Below, in pieces: positions 37,890-50,205 of a stretch of 64,000 nt of DNA (position 1 is the first letter of the stretch; each line of letters opens with the position of its first letter). This DNA is from Chiloscyllium plagiosum (Eukaryota), in NCBI RefSeq assembly GCF_004010195.1, contig NC_057719.1:55221077-55285076 (forward strand). Direction: 5' to 3'. Under the pieces are notes generated by a model. The model was not told where the DNA came from. It was given only the letters and a program-made list of their open reading frames with translations, and ran no database searches. The translations under genes were made by a program, and so were the position numbers.

Positions 37890-38600
37890 CTTCAATGTGG
37901 ATGAGTCTAAGACCAACCCAGCATCTGCAAGGGAAGTTCCAATTTCCCTTAAATCCAGTCTGAAAGAGCAGAAAGAAGGGGAATAACCAAGAAATTAACA
38001 ACTCCTATGATTGATAGCAGCATGGCAACAGAGAAATTACTTGGAAAACTGATTTATGTATAAACTCAAAGCATCTCAATATAGCTTTGAAGAAATCTCA
38101 TGACCATCTGCTAACCATTGAAGAAATTTTGCCATAATGTGCCAAGGCCAAAGACTGTCCTACTGTTGATTCAAAGGACAGTGAAGCAGGAAAGGAACCA
38201 AAGTTTTCTAACTACATTACATGGATGGAAGTCAAGAGAAACAGATGGATACACATGATATTTGGCATTTCCACTATTACAGAAGCCTATGAATGCAGAC
38301 AGCACGAGATAGTCAGCGATCTTCCTGAATTGGAAGCTATTGTGAATAATCTGTTATTCTGCAAATATTCCACACAGTGGAATAAGCCATTTCAGATTCA
38401 GAAGCCAACCAGGTTCTAATGTGACAACTGGAGAGAGCTTATTAGGTGAACTTGAAGCTGAAAAAGAAAAAAAATGTATTCGAAGATGTCAGATGTAAAG
38501 TATATAGTCTTGTACTAGTAGTAAAGAACTGCCTCACATCCTAACAAAGTGAAATTTGTAGCAGACAATCGATGTGAAAACGGTGCATTAGGATCCAAGC
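37890..38600 (+). pseudogene. Decayed Gypsy/Ty3 RT
   Basis: KHLNIALKKSHDHLLTIEEILP and RWIHMIFGISTITEAYECRQHEIVSDLPELEAIVNNLL resemble Gypsy RT (RMPFGI..IVDD); possible further pol remnant at ~39290-39760. Confidence 0.75.
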
Positions 38601-38804
38601 TGGGCAAGTTAGATCCCAAAATAAAACCTGACTTAATAGATCATATATTTAACTTTTATTCAGAGTTTAATGTGATGGTTAGTCACTGAAACATGTTCAT
38701 ACAAGACTGCAGTTGTTCTTAAACAACAGAACATAAGGTTATTATACAAGATAAGACAAAAACAAACAAAGCTCTATATAGAAGACTGAAAGATCTTAAC
38801 GGAA

Positions 38805-39015
38805 ACAGCTTCACTCAGGAGGAGAAATGTCTTCCACTCAGAGGGTTGTAAACTATTTGGAAATCTCTGATCCAGAGAGTTGTGAAAACTCAATCTTTCA
38901 GTATATTTAGATGGTTTTGGATATCAATGGTGTAAAGGATTATGGGGATAATGTGGGTTAATGGCATTGAAGTGTCCGATCAGCTATGACCAAATTAAAT
39001 AGTGCAAAAAGTACG
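38805..39015 (+). mobile_element. CR1 3' end
   Basis: aggagaaatgtcttccactcagagggttgt..aaggattatgggga. Confidence 0.7.
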
Positions 39016-40384
39016 GTAGTGTAAACTAAAAATTTAGCCATTTCATGTAATTTTGAGATATTCAACACCATACAATTTCTCCACATTATCCCCAGTCAAC
39101 TCCAAAACCTATTCTGGCAGTGAAAATCAACAAAGAGATCATGACAACACTGACATAAAAAGGCAACTTTTGAATCAAGAAATATGTTTATTGCAGCATA
39201 GAAAGCAGTCTAGTCCAAAGTCTATTGTTACATGGTATCCATACAACTCTTCAACTGGTGAAAGAAGTACCGTGCAGAACAGGCATGTGACAAAATCAAA
39301 GACAGAAATAAAAGTTTCACTCAAATGAAACTGCCAATTCTTTCCAGCGCTGAGCATTGGAGAGCAAATCAGATTCCAAATAACATTCTCAACAAAAATC
39401 AACCCAGAAATTGCTGTGATGATTATGAACAATTAGTTATATTGCTAGAGTCACAGACACCTACACCTGGTTGGAGAAGCTGTTCATTTGCTTGGAGGCA
39501 GCAGGTCAGAAAGAAATGATGTTACCACCTACATAGAGTGCAGAATGGCCATCAGTGCCAAAGGCCCACTATCTCCCTGCAAAAGAATGGAACAGCAAGA
39601 ACAGTTACCCCAGCAACAGCACTCACTGACAATCCCTGGAGAAGGAATTACACCTCAGGAACAAGCAGATGTCAGAAGAGCCGGCAACAACTGCACATAC
39701 ACATACCACCAGGAACATGCACAAATGATAAAAAAAGGCATGTGCAGAGATTGTAAAATATAGAATTGACAAGATTTAACACACAATCATATTAATGAAT
39801 GATCATTTTATTTGTGACCATGTATTCTTAGAAACCTTTGTAACCTATTATAACATGATCTTACAGGGGAAAAAAAATAAGAAAAGAAAATGTGTGGGAA
39901 CCAATTTTACTTTTAAGAATCATCTTGGTTGTGATTTTCTATTTAGACTGTGAAGATTGTTTAAGGATTCTGACTTTGCACTATGGATATACTGATGGCA
40001 ATCAGTTAATGACTGTAATCAGAAACTCATCTCAAATTTCAATCACTGCAAGTAATTAGATTGTAAAAAATCCAGAGGGATCTCCCTTTCTTTTCCAATT
40101 TTACTGACAATACAAACAAGAAAGAATCTTTCCGTTTAACAATGTCACCCTGAACAGTGGCCAGATGAAATTATGTGCTTAGACTAAAATTGAAGGGAAA
40201 GTGCTTCAGGATTGCAAAAGTTCAGATACTATGTAAACTCCAGGTCTTGATTTTCCTTCGTCCTCAGGAATCCAACAGTCAGATTATTTTAAGGTTCAGA
40301 CCCAGCAACAAGTCTGTATCAATGACTCAAAAACCAAGCCGAAAGATGACCTTGACACCATTTTGATTGTCACTTGTTCATCAA

Positions 40385-41475
40385 AACCTGCTCTCTGATG
40401 CTCAATTTGGCTGAGCCAGTTGGCTCTTGACCTCATTACAGCCTCGGCAATTGATTATCACTATCATTTCCAGCTTCAGAGCCAATGCCAGAACAGTACT
40501 GCAGGAGTTCCTAGTGACATAGGACCAATTATCTCAAGCTGTTACATCACTGACCTTCCTTCTATCATTACATTAGAAGTGGAAATATTCGCTGATGATT
40601 GTGCAATATTCCGCATGATTTATGACCTCTCAGATACTGAGCAGCTCAAGTCAATATGTAGCTAGATCTGAACAATATCCAGGCTTAGGCTGATAAGTAG
40701 CAAGTAACAGTCATGACAATTTCTAATTGCCAGGCAATGACCATCCCAAACAAGAAAGAATCAAAGACTCTTGCTCTTCAATGGTGTTACCAAAACCTGA
40801 ATTCCTCATGATCAATATCATTGATTCAAAACTGAAATTGCAGAGGCATTAAATTCTGAGATTACAAGAACAGGACAGAGACTGGAAATTCTGCTAAGAA
40901 ATTCACCTGGAGATTCTTCAAGGCCTGTCCATCATCTACATGGCATTGGTTAGAAATATGATGTGACACTCTCCACTTGCATGGATGAGTGCAGCTCCAA
41001 CAACACTCAAAAATCTCATTGCCTTCCAGGACAAAGCAACTTGCTGATTGACATCACTAGCACCACCTTCAATATTAACTCCCTACACACCCAATGCAAA
41101 ATGGCAGCCACATGTAACATCTACATGACCCATTGCTAAAGTTCATCAATGTTCCTCCAGCAACTTCTTTCAAACCTACAATTATTACCACTTTGAAGAA
41201 TAAGGGCTTAACATATATAAGACAATACCACCAACTGCAGATTCCTCCCCAACCACACACCATCCTGACTTAGAATGAAGTTGTCATTCCTTCAGTGTTA
41301 CTGCGTCAAAGTCCTGGAACAGTCCATAACAGTTTTGTTGGTATACCTAATGATAAAATGGACTCCAGTGTTCCGGAAAGCAACTCATTATCACCTCTTA
41401 AGGGCAACAAAGGATAGGCAATAAATGCCTGTCACAACTAACAACAAATGCCGACATCCATGAGTGATTGAAAAA
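40385..41475 (+). mobile_element. CR1/L2-group LINE family B, RT to 3' end
   Basis: AGVPSDIGPIISSCYITDLPSIITLEVEIFADDCAIF (FADD motif); 3' end ggcaataaatg. Confidence 0.85.
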
Positions 41476-41991
41476 CCTACAATATTGTAAAATGCATATT
41501 AATAATTTATGCTGGAGGTGAGCTAAGGCATCAATTAGTACCATTACCAGGAAGCAAGCATTGATTCCAGAGTGTAACCCTCACTGCCATGGCCCTCCTC
41601 TCCAGAGCCATTACTTTGAAAATAACTACACAGTCTAGAAGGAGCAGAACAGTGTATCACCATTCAACAGTGCTATTTATAAATAATGTGCCCACAGCTA
41701 CTCCCACAATCCCCAAGGCAATTGGAAAAAAGTCCCAGGTGCATGCAAATAACCCAAGCTAATGCTTATGTTGCACTTTTACTGAGTAGAAAGTCAAAAG
41801 AAACACCATGAGTGGGCAATCTTCAAATTTTACGGAATGGTTTACAATTGTTACATAGTTGATAAATCAAAGCTATTGAAATAACAGTAGGTCAATAGGC
41901 TGCAAATTATTCAAAAAAACCTAAAGTTGTTGTCTCGGTAATCCTACTTATAAACAGCTAGACAGAAAATTGACAAAAGATAAATCAAACT

Positions 41992-42005
41992 GTTGCCTAG
42001 GTAAC
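41992..42005. promoter_or_regulatory. RFX X-box-like palindrome GTTGCCTAGGTAAC
   Basis: Matches GTTRCC-NN-RGYAAC in non-repetitive-looking DNA; function untested. Confidence 0.3.
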
Positions 42006-42104
42006 ACCAGTTAAAACTGAGAAGTTCATCTTCATCTCAACTGTTCAAATGGTCTAACCACTGAAACATCTCTCTTTTTATGAAAGTATAAACTGAAAAG
42101 CACT

Positions 42105-42735
42105 AGAGTCATAGAGTCATAGAGATGTACAGCATGGAAGCAGACCCTTCGGTCCAACCTGTCCATGCCGAGCAGATAGCCCAACCCAATCTAGTCTCAC
42201 CTTCCAGCATTTGGCCCATATCCCTCCAAACCCTTCTGATTCATATAGCCATCCAGATGCCTTTTAAATGTTGCAATTGTACCAGCCTCCACCACTTCCT
42301 CTGGCAGCTCAATCCACTGTGTGTGAAAAAGTGACTCTTAGGTTTCTTTTAGATATTTCCCCTCTCACCCTAAACCTATGCCCTCTAGTTCTGGACTCCC
42401 TCACCCCAGGAAAAAGACTTAATCTATTTACCCTATCCATGCCCCTTATGATCTTATCAACCTCTATAACATCATCCCTCAGCCTCCGAAGCTCCAGGGA
42501 AAATAGCCCCAGCCTGTTCAGCCTCTTCCTATTGCTCAAATTCTCTAACCTTGGCAACATCCTTGTAAATCTTTTCTCTACCCTTTCAAGTTTCACAACA
42601 TCTTTCCAATAGGAGGGAAACCAGAATTGCATGCAAGATTCCAACAGTGGCCTAACCAATGTCCTGTACAGATGTAACATGACCTCCCAACTCCTATACT
42701 CAATACTCTGACCAATAAAGGAAAAAATACCAAAT
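42105..42735 (-). mobile_element. Host CR1 3' part (continues at 46881-47335)
   Basis: (agagtcat)n tail; RPLLESCMQFWFPSYWKDVVKLERV. Confidence 0.9.
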
Positions 42736-44885
42736 ACAATAGACAACAGACAATAGACAATAGGTGCAGGAGTAGGCCATTCTGCCCTTCGAGCCATTAC
42801 CTCCATTCATTATGATCGTGGCTGGTCATCCTCAATCAGTATCCTGCTCCTGCCTTATCCCCATGACCCTTGATTCCACTATCTTTGAGAGCTCTATCCA
42901 ACTCTTTCTTGAAAGTATCCAGAGACCTGGCCTCCACAGCCTTCTGGGGCAGAGCATTCCATACACCCACCACTCTCTGGGTGAAGAAGTTTCTCCTCAA
43001 TTCTGTTCTAAGTGGCCTACCCCTTATTTTTAAACTGTGTCCTCTGGTTCGGGACTCACCCATCAGCGGAAACATGCTTCCTGCCTCCAGAGTGTCCAAT
43101 CCTTTAATAATCTTATACGTCTCAATCAGATCCCCTCTCAGCCTTCTAAACTCAAGCGTATACAAGCCCAGTTGCTCCAATCTTTCAGCATAAGATAGTC
43201 CCGCCATTCTGGGAATTGACCTCCTGAGCCTATGCTGCACTCCCTCAATAGCCAGAATTTGGAGACCAAAACTGCGCACAACATTCCAGGTATGGTCTCA
43301 CCAGGGCCCTGTACAGCTGCAGAAGAACCTCTTTGCTTCTATACTCAATTCCTCTTGCTATGAAGGCCAGCATGATATTAGCTTTCTTCACTGCCTGCTG
43401 TACCTGCATGCTTGCTTTCATTGACTGATGTACAAGAACACCTAGATCTCGTTGTACTGCCCCTTTACCTAACCTGACTCCATTTAGGTAGTAATCTGCC
43501 TTCCTGTTCTTGCCACCAAAGTGGATAACCACACATTTATCCACATTAAACTGCAACTGCCATGCATCCATCCACTCACTTAACCTGTCCAGGTCACCCT
43601 GTAATCTCCTAACATCCTCCTCACATTTCTCCCTGCCACCCAGCTTTGTGTCATCAGTAAATTTGCTAATATTACTTTTAATACTTTCATCTATATCTTT
43701 AATGTATGTTGTAAAAAGCTGCAGTCCCAGCACTGATCCCTGCGGCACACCACTGGTCACCACCTGCCATTCCGAAAGGGAGCCGTTTATCACTACTCTT
43801 TGTTTCCTGTCAGCCAACCAATTTTCACTCCATGTCAGTATTTTACCCTGATACCATGTGCCCTAATTTTGCTCACCAACCTCCTATGTGGGACTTTATC
43901 AAAGGCTTTCTGAAAGTCCAGGTATACTACATCCACCGGATCTCCCTTGTCCATCTTCAGAGTTACATCCTCAAAAAATTCCAGAAGATTAGTCAAGCAT
44001 GATTTCCCCTTCATAAATCCATGCTGACTCTGACCTATCCTGTTACTGCAATCTAGATGTGTTGTAATTTCATCCTTTATAATTGACTCCAGCATTTTTC
44101 CCAACACAGAGGTCAGACTAACTGGTCTATAATTCTCTGTTTTCTCTCTCCCTCCTTTTTTAAAAAGTGGGACAACATTAGCCACCCTCCAATCTGCAGG
44201 AACTGATCCTGAATCTATAAAACATTGGAAAATAATCACCAATGCATCTACGATTTCTAGAGCCACCTCCTTCAGTACCCTGGGATGTAGACCATCAGGC
44301 CCCAGGGACTTATCAGCCTTCAGACCTAACAGTCTCTCCAACACCATTTCCTGTCTAATATTAATTCCCTTCAGTTCAGGTCCTTCAGCCATTATTACAT
44401 CTGGGAGATTGCTCGTGTCTTCGCCAGTGAAGACAGATCTAAAGTACCAATTCAACTCTTCTGCCATTTCTTTGCTCCCCGTAATAAATTCACCCATTTC
44501 TGTCTTCAAGGGCCCAATTTTAGTCTTAACCATTTTTTTACTTTTCACATACCTGAAAAAGCCTTTACTATCCTCCTTTATATTTTTGGCCAGTTTACCT
44601 TCATTTCTTATTTTTTCTTTGCTTATTTCTTTTTTAGTTATCCTCTGTTGTTCTTTAAAAACTTCCCAGTCCTCCGTTTTCCCACTCCACTTTGCTATGT
44701 TATACTTTTTCCCTTTTGTCTTTATACGGTCCTTAACTTCCCTCATCACCCACGGCCACCCCTGCCTCCCCTTAGGATCTTGCTTCCGTTTTGGAATGAA
44801 CTGACCCTGCATTTTCTGCATTATACCCAGGAATACCTGCCATTGTTGTTCCACTGCCATCCTTGCTCAGGTATTGCACCATTGA

Positions 44886-45091
44886 GCTGAAAATGTGTTG
44901 CTGGAAAAGCGCAGCAGGTCAGGCAGCATCCAAGGAACAGAAGAATCGATGTTTCGGGCATAAGCCCTTCTTCAGGGCTTATGCCCGAAACGTCGATTCT
45001 CCTGCTCCTTGGATGCTGCCTGACCTGCTGCGCTTTTCCAGCAACACATTTTCAGCTCTGATCTCCAGCATCTGCAGCCCTCACTTTCTCC
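44886..45091. mobile_element. Palindromic PLE terminal-repeat insertion, 14-bp TSD
   Basis: tattgcaccattga at 44872-44885 and 45092-45105; inverted arms. Confidence 0.92.
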
Positions 45092-45486
45092 TATTGCACC
45101 ATTGAACTTTGGCCAGCCCCTCCCTCATAGCTCCATAGTTCCCCTTATTCAACTGAAATATTGTCACTTCCAATTCTACCCTCTCCCTTTCAAACTGCAG
45201 ATTAAAGCTTATTGTATTGTGGTCACTCCCTCCTAATGGCTCCTTTACTTCGAGGTCCCTGATCAAATCCAGTTTGTTGCACAATACCAGATCCAGAATT
45301 GCCTTCTCCCTGGTAGGCTCCAGCACAAGCTGTTCTAAGAATCCATCTTGGAGACACTCCACAAACTCCCTTTCTTGGGCTCCAGTACCATCCTGATTCT
45401 CCCAGTCTACCTGCATGTTGAAATCCCCCATAACAACTGTAGTATTATCTTTGCGACAGACCAATTTCAGTTCCTTATTCAACTTA

Positions 45487-45677
45487 AAAATGTGTTGCTG
45501 GAAAAGCACAGCAGGTCAGGCAGCATCAAAGGAGAAGGAGAATCAACATTCCTGAAGAAGGGGTTATGCCCGAAACGTTGATTCTTCTTCTCCTTTGATG
45601 CTGCCTGACCTGCTGCGCTTTTCTAGCAACACATTTATAAGCTCTGATCCCCAGCATCTGCAGTCCTCACTTTCTCC
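45487..45677. mobile_element. Palindromic PLE terminal-repeat insertion, 15-bp TSD
   Basis: tccttattcaactta at 45472-45486 and 45678-45692; inverted arms. Confidence 0.92.
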
Positions 45678-46189
45678 TCCTTATTCAACTTACACACTAC
45701 ACACTACTATTTGGGGGCCTGTAGATAACTCCCATTAGGGTCTTTCTACCCTTAGAATTTCTCAGCTCTATCCATAATGACTCTACATCCCCGATTTTAG
45801 GTCCCCCCGTGCAAGGGACTGAATATAATTCCTTACCAACAGGGCCACCCCCACCCCCTTCTGCCAGTCAGTCTGTCCTTACGATAGCACGTATAGCCTT
45901 GAATATTCATTTCCCAGGCTCTTCCATTTGAAGCCACATCTTAGTTATCCCCTCAAGCTCATCCACCTTATTTCTAATGCTTCATGCATTCATATATAAT
46001 ATTTTTAATTTGTTACTCCCCTCACTCTTCCTATCAATCCCTATTTCACTTGACCTTACAGCATGATCCTTTTTTGAGTTTTCTGCTCCATTGATTCCGT
46101 TGTCTTTCCTGACTTCTCTTGTTCTAACTTTCCCTTTAACTTCCTTCTTAAACTTCCAGTTTGTCCTCTCCACCCCACCCCACTATTTA

Positions 46190-46880
46190 GTTTAAACGCA
46201 GCTGTGTTGCAGTGGCAAACCTACCTGCCAGAATGCTGGCCCCCCACCTATTAAGATGCAACCCGTCCCTCTTGTATAGCTTATCCTTACCGCTAAACAT
46301 ACCCCAGTGATCCAAGAATTTAAATCCGAGGAACTGGAAGCAAACTGGAGATAACCACCCTGGATGTCCTGCTTTTCAGCCTTCTTCTGAGTTCTCCGAA
46401 GTCCCACTGTAGAATGTCCCTCCTCTTCTTCCCAACATCATTTGTGCCGACATGCACCACCACGTCTGGCTCTTCACCTTCGCCCTTGAGGATTTCCTGC
46501 ACGCTGTCTGCGATGTCCTTAATCCTGGCACTAGGAAGGCAACACACTATCCTCAAATCCTGTCTGTTGCTGCAGAAACCCCTTTCAGTCCCTCTCACTA
46601 TGGAGTCCCCTATTACCACGGCTCTGTGTGATATCTGACTCCTCGGCTCTGCCTCCACGCCAATTTATGATTGGCAGACCTGACCACCTCTCGGACTGGC
46701 AGTGACATCTGTCTCTACGGTTTCCAAGAGATTCAACCTGTTCCTGACAAGGACTTCCCCCGGGGTCTCTTGCACGAGTCTCATATCTGCCTTCCTCATC
46801 GTCTTCTCCCTTCTACTCTCTTCTGGTATGCTCGGTGTAATAACCTCGCTGAAGATCCTGTCCAGAAAGATCTCGTTCTC
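46190..46880 (-). pseudogene. CR1 ORF1 with SGNH/GDSL esterase domain (5'-truncated, frameshifted)
   Basis: AVVIGDSIVRG and VVVHVGTNDV esterase blocks. Confidence 0.9.
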
Positions 46881-47335
46881 TGCAAACTTATGAATTATGT
46901 TCACATCCAAATCATATATAAAGTTAAAAATCACACAAAATCAGGTTATAGTCCAACAGGTTTAACTGGAAGCACACTAGCTTTCGGAGCAACGCTCTTT
47001 CATCAGGTGGTTTGATGTAGGAGCGACGCTCCGAACGCTAGTGTGCTTCCAATTAAACCTGTTGGACTATAACCTGATGCTGTGTGATTTTTAATTTTGT
47101 ACACCCCAGTCCAACACCAGCATCTCCAAATCAAATCATATATATATATAAATTACAAAAAGTAGTGGACCCAGGACCGATCCTTGTGGCACACCACTAG
47201 TCACAGGCCTCCAGTCTGAAAAACAACCTTTCACCACCACCCTCTGTCTTTTACCTTCTACAAATGGCTAGTTCTCCCTTTATTCCATGAGATCTAACCT
47301 TGCTGACCAATCTCCCATAGGGAACCTTGTCAAAT
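46881..47335 (-). mobile_element. Host CR1 RT fragment, interrupted by a PLE
   Basis: ggacccaggaccgatccttgtggcacaccact encodes [11 protein letters not shown] on the minus strand. Confidence 0.88.
46921..47131. mobile_element. Palindromic PLE terminal-repeat insertion, 13-bp TSD
   Basis: caaatcatatata at 46908-46920 and 47132-47144; inverted arms. Confidence 0.9.
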
Positions 47336-48409
47336 GCATCAGTGCATCTGGACTGTTAAAACCTATATCTGACTATCTAGCAAGCACTTCTGAAATCAGT
47401 AGCTTGTCTGAAATTACACTGGCCCTAGTGTAATTGTTTGGTAAGTATTGGGCCAGTGAAGTTGTGGAGGAAGAAATCAGAGTGGAAATATAGCATGCTG
47501 CAGCCACTGTGGGGGTTTTCCATTGGCAGTCAGGTTGTGGGCTTGAGAACAAGCATCATGGTGGCGAGCTGGAATTAATATTGTTAACAGATTATTAATT
47601 GTAATTTTGTGGGCTCTTTTAAGTTAACTCAGTGGTACATGGGAAGCATATACCTCACATGTTATACAAGATGAAAGTCAAAGTGCAGCTCAAAATTCTC
47701 TGGAGGTGTAATTCATTAAGAAGATCACATTGCAACATAGTGAGGGTGAGAAGTGCTGGTTATTTTACAGGTCTCAGAAAGACTCTATACCTTTAATACA
47801 GCCAGATGATATCACAATATGTAATGGTCTGGTATAAGAGATCTCTTTCTTACTCTCTGTATGTTCAGTCAGCATGAAAGAAAGCAGTTAGTTAATCTGC
47901 CAGTCAGTCAGTGGTCAGGCAATCAACTACATGTATTATGTAATAGTAATTTAGTTAAGCGTATACCCAGACTATATATGTAAGTTTGAGACATTAGTGT
48001 ACATAGATAGTTGTTCATAAACCTCCACAGATCTGACTCAATATGAACCCAACTCTTTCTGGGCATAGGTTAAGTGGGCTAAGATGTAGTAAGATATGAC
48101 AGTGAACAGTTGGAGGTTCTTTGAACTGCTGAATGGATTGGGTCAGAGTATTACCAGGATCTTTCCAAGGTGCAATCCATTCTTTCAGTGTTAGGGATTG
48201 ATAAACCTGATATGTGAGTGCTTCAGTTAACAAGGCATCTCAGGCATTTAGGTTTTGAGTTCTCCATCCAAGTGGAGAATGAGGGGTGTAGCCTAAGGGA
48301 GTGGGACTGCAATAGGAATAGCAAGCTGGAGAGGAAGAGTAAGAATGCAAAGAGCATGGAGCAGAGGACCACACAAGCTGGCTTATGTCCAAGATGGAAC
48401 TAAACAAGT

Positions 48410-49990
48410 GAAATGCTATCCCGACAAAGACTTTGCTTTCTCGAGATGTTAGAGAATCCAAGTCTGCATCTACCCAGTGAAAGAGTTACAGAATGCACTA
48501 GGCTGAAGGAGAATGAGATACTACCCATTGCTAAAGAAGCCACTGTTGCACTAATACTTACACCTCAGAATCATTCCTGGGATATTCAAGAGATATCAAA
48601 TGGTAATCTGCAGTCCTTTGCTGATTGGAGCTGGTCACAAATGCCATGTAGAAGAGGACAGACTTATGGATATTTTCTCACATCAATCCAGACAGTCAGG
48701 CCAAGAGAGTTCTCTCAGATAGAGGGGTCTGTTGGCCACATGCATGTAACACTCAAGACTCAGATGAAGCACCATAGAGTCATAGACATGTACAGCATGG
48801 AAAGAAGCAGAAGAACATGTACAGCATGGAAACAGACCCTACGATCCACCGGTCCATACCGACCAGATATCCCAACCCAATCTAGTCCCACCTGCCAGCA
48901 GCCGGCCCATATTCCTCCAAACCCTTCCTATTCATGTGCCCATCCAAATGCCTCTCAAATGTTGCAATTGTACCAGCCTCCACCACTTCCTCTGGCAGCT
49001 CATTCCATACACGCACCACCCTCTGCATGAAAAAGTTGCCCCTTTGTTCTCTTTTATATCTTTTCCCTCTCAGCCTAAACCTATGCCCTCTAGTTCTGGA
49101 CTCCCCCATCCCAGGGAAAAAGCCTTGTCGATTTACCCTATTCATGTTCCTCAGGATTTTGTAAACCTCTATAAGGTCACCCCTCAGACTCTGACTCTTC
49201 AGAAGAAACAGCCCCAGCCTATTCAGCCTCTCTCTATAGCTCAAAGTTTCCAACCCTGGCAAAATCCTTGTAAATCTTTTCTGAACCCTTTCAAATTTCA
49301 CAAAATCTTTCTGATAGAAAGGAGACCAGAATTGCATGCAATGTTCCAACAGTGGCCTAACCAATGTCCTGTACAGCTGCAACATAACCTCCCAACTCCT
49401 GTACTCAATACTCTGACCAATAAAGGAAAGCATACCAAACACTTTCTTCACTATCCTATCTACCTGCGCCCCCACTTTCAAGGAGCTATGAACCTGCACT
49501 CCAAGGTCTCTTTGTTCAGCAACACTCCCTAGGACCTTACCATTAAGTGTATTTGTTCTGCTAAGATTTCCTTTCCAAAAATGCAGCACCTCGCATTTAT
49601 CTAAATTAAACTCCATTAGATAGGATTTCCATTTGCTCAATATACAATTGGTTTGTAACCATAACAAATAGATTTTTTATGTCTGTACAGAGATTCCAGA
49701 AGGTTGCCACGATGGTCCTAGGTGTATCAGCTTTCCAGTCTGCCTTTTTTGGATGATTACAGGATGGCAAAATCAATGCACTGAAGGCATGGCTTGCAGT
49801 ACCTGTCTAGAACCCAGCAAAGAGGTAGAAGACGCACACAATAACTGGCATGCATCAACAAGGAAAACCATTGGGTAGGTCTGGATGCTGTCGAGATCAG
49901 GATGGATCTGGTGGAGCCCTATAATATGCTCCAGCATTTTGTGATGCTGGACTGTGTTTTGTAAAACCTAACACTCCAGAAGAGAGATAC
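48410..49990 (+). pseudogene. Second decayed Harbinger (HARBI1-like) transposase, split by a CR1
   Basis: RQRLCFLEM..LPIAKEATVAL and FSQIEGSVGHMHVTLK before the CR1; HASTRKTI and DGSGGAL*YAP after it. Confidence 0.7.
48775..49616 (-). mobile_element. CR1 3' fragment, reading frame largely open
   Basis: MEFNLDKCEVLHF...RTRGHRF...FFMQRVVRVWNELP. Confidence 0.95.
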
Positions 49991-50088
49991 ATTGAAGATT
50001 GAGGACCTCTTTTAGCAAACAATGAGTACTGTGTGGTGTTTCACCATCCACATGTCAGTATATCTTTAACAGATATAGTCATAAGATC

Positions 50089-50205
50089 AGGGAGGATGTG
50101 AGGACTGCAGATGCTGGAGATCAGTCAAAGAGTGGTGTTGGATCTCCTGCTCCACGGATGCTGCCTGACCAGTTGTGCTTTTCCAGAACACACTCTTTAA
50201 CTCTG
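50089..50205. mobile_element. Short palindromic PLE remnant
   Basis: gtgaggactgcagatgctggaga followed by oppositely oriented gatgctgcctgacc; gtcataa on both flanks. Confidence 0.75.

Larger units (their letters stand above)
42836..46020 (-). pseudogene. CR1 ORF2 (APE endonuclease plus reverse transcriptase), broken by frameshifts and two PLE insertions
   Basis: LKILYMNA, VMGDFN, GGSDHN (APE); [38 protein letters not shown] (RT). Confidence 0.95.
42736..46880 (-). mobile_element. Near-full-length, 5'-truncated CR1 LINE
   Basis: (ctattgt)n 3' tail at 42736-42763, 3' UTR, ORF2 and ORF1 in the expected order. Confidence 0.95.

Noticed and set aside
43835..44860. 341-aa ORF as an intact active RT
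   Set aside because: Only one segment of a CR1 ORF2 that is frameshifted and interrupted by two PLEs
48413..49030. 205-aa ORF as a novel gene
   Set aside because: Chance fusion of decayed Harbinger sequence with antisense CR1 3' UTR
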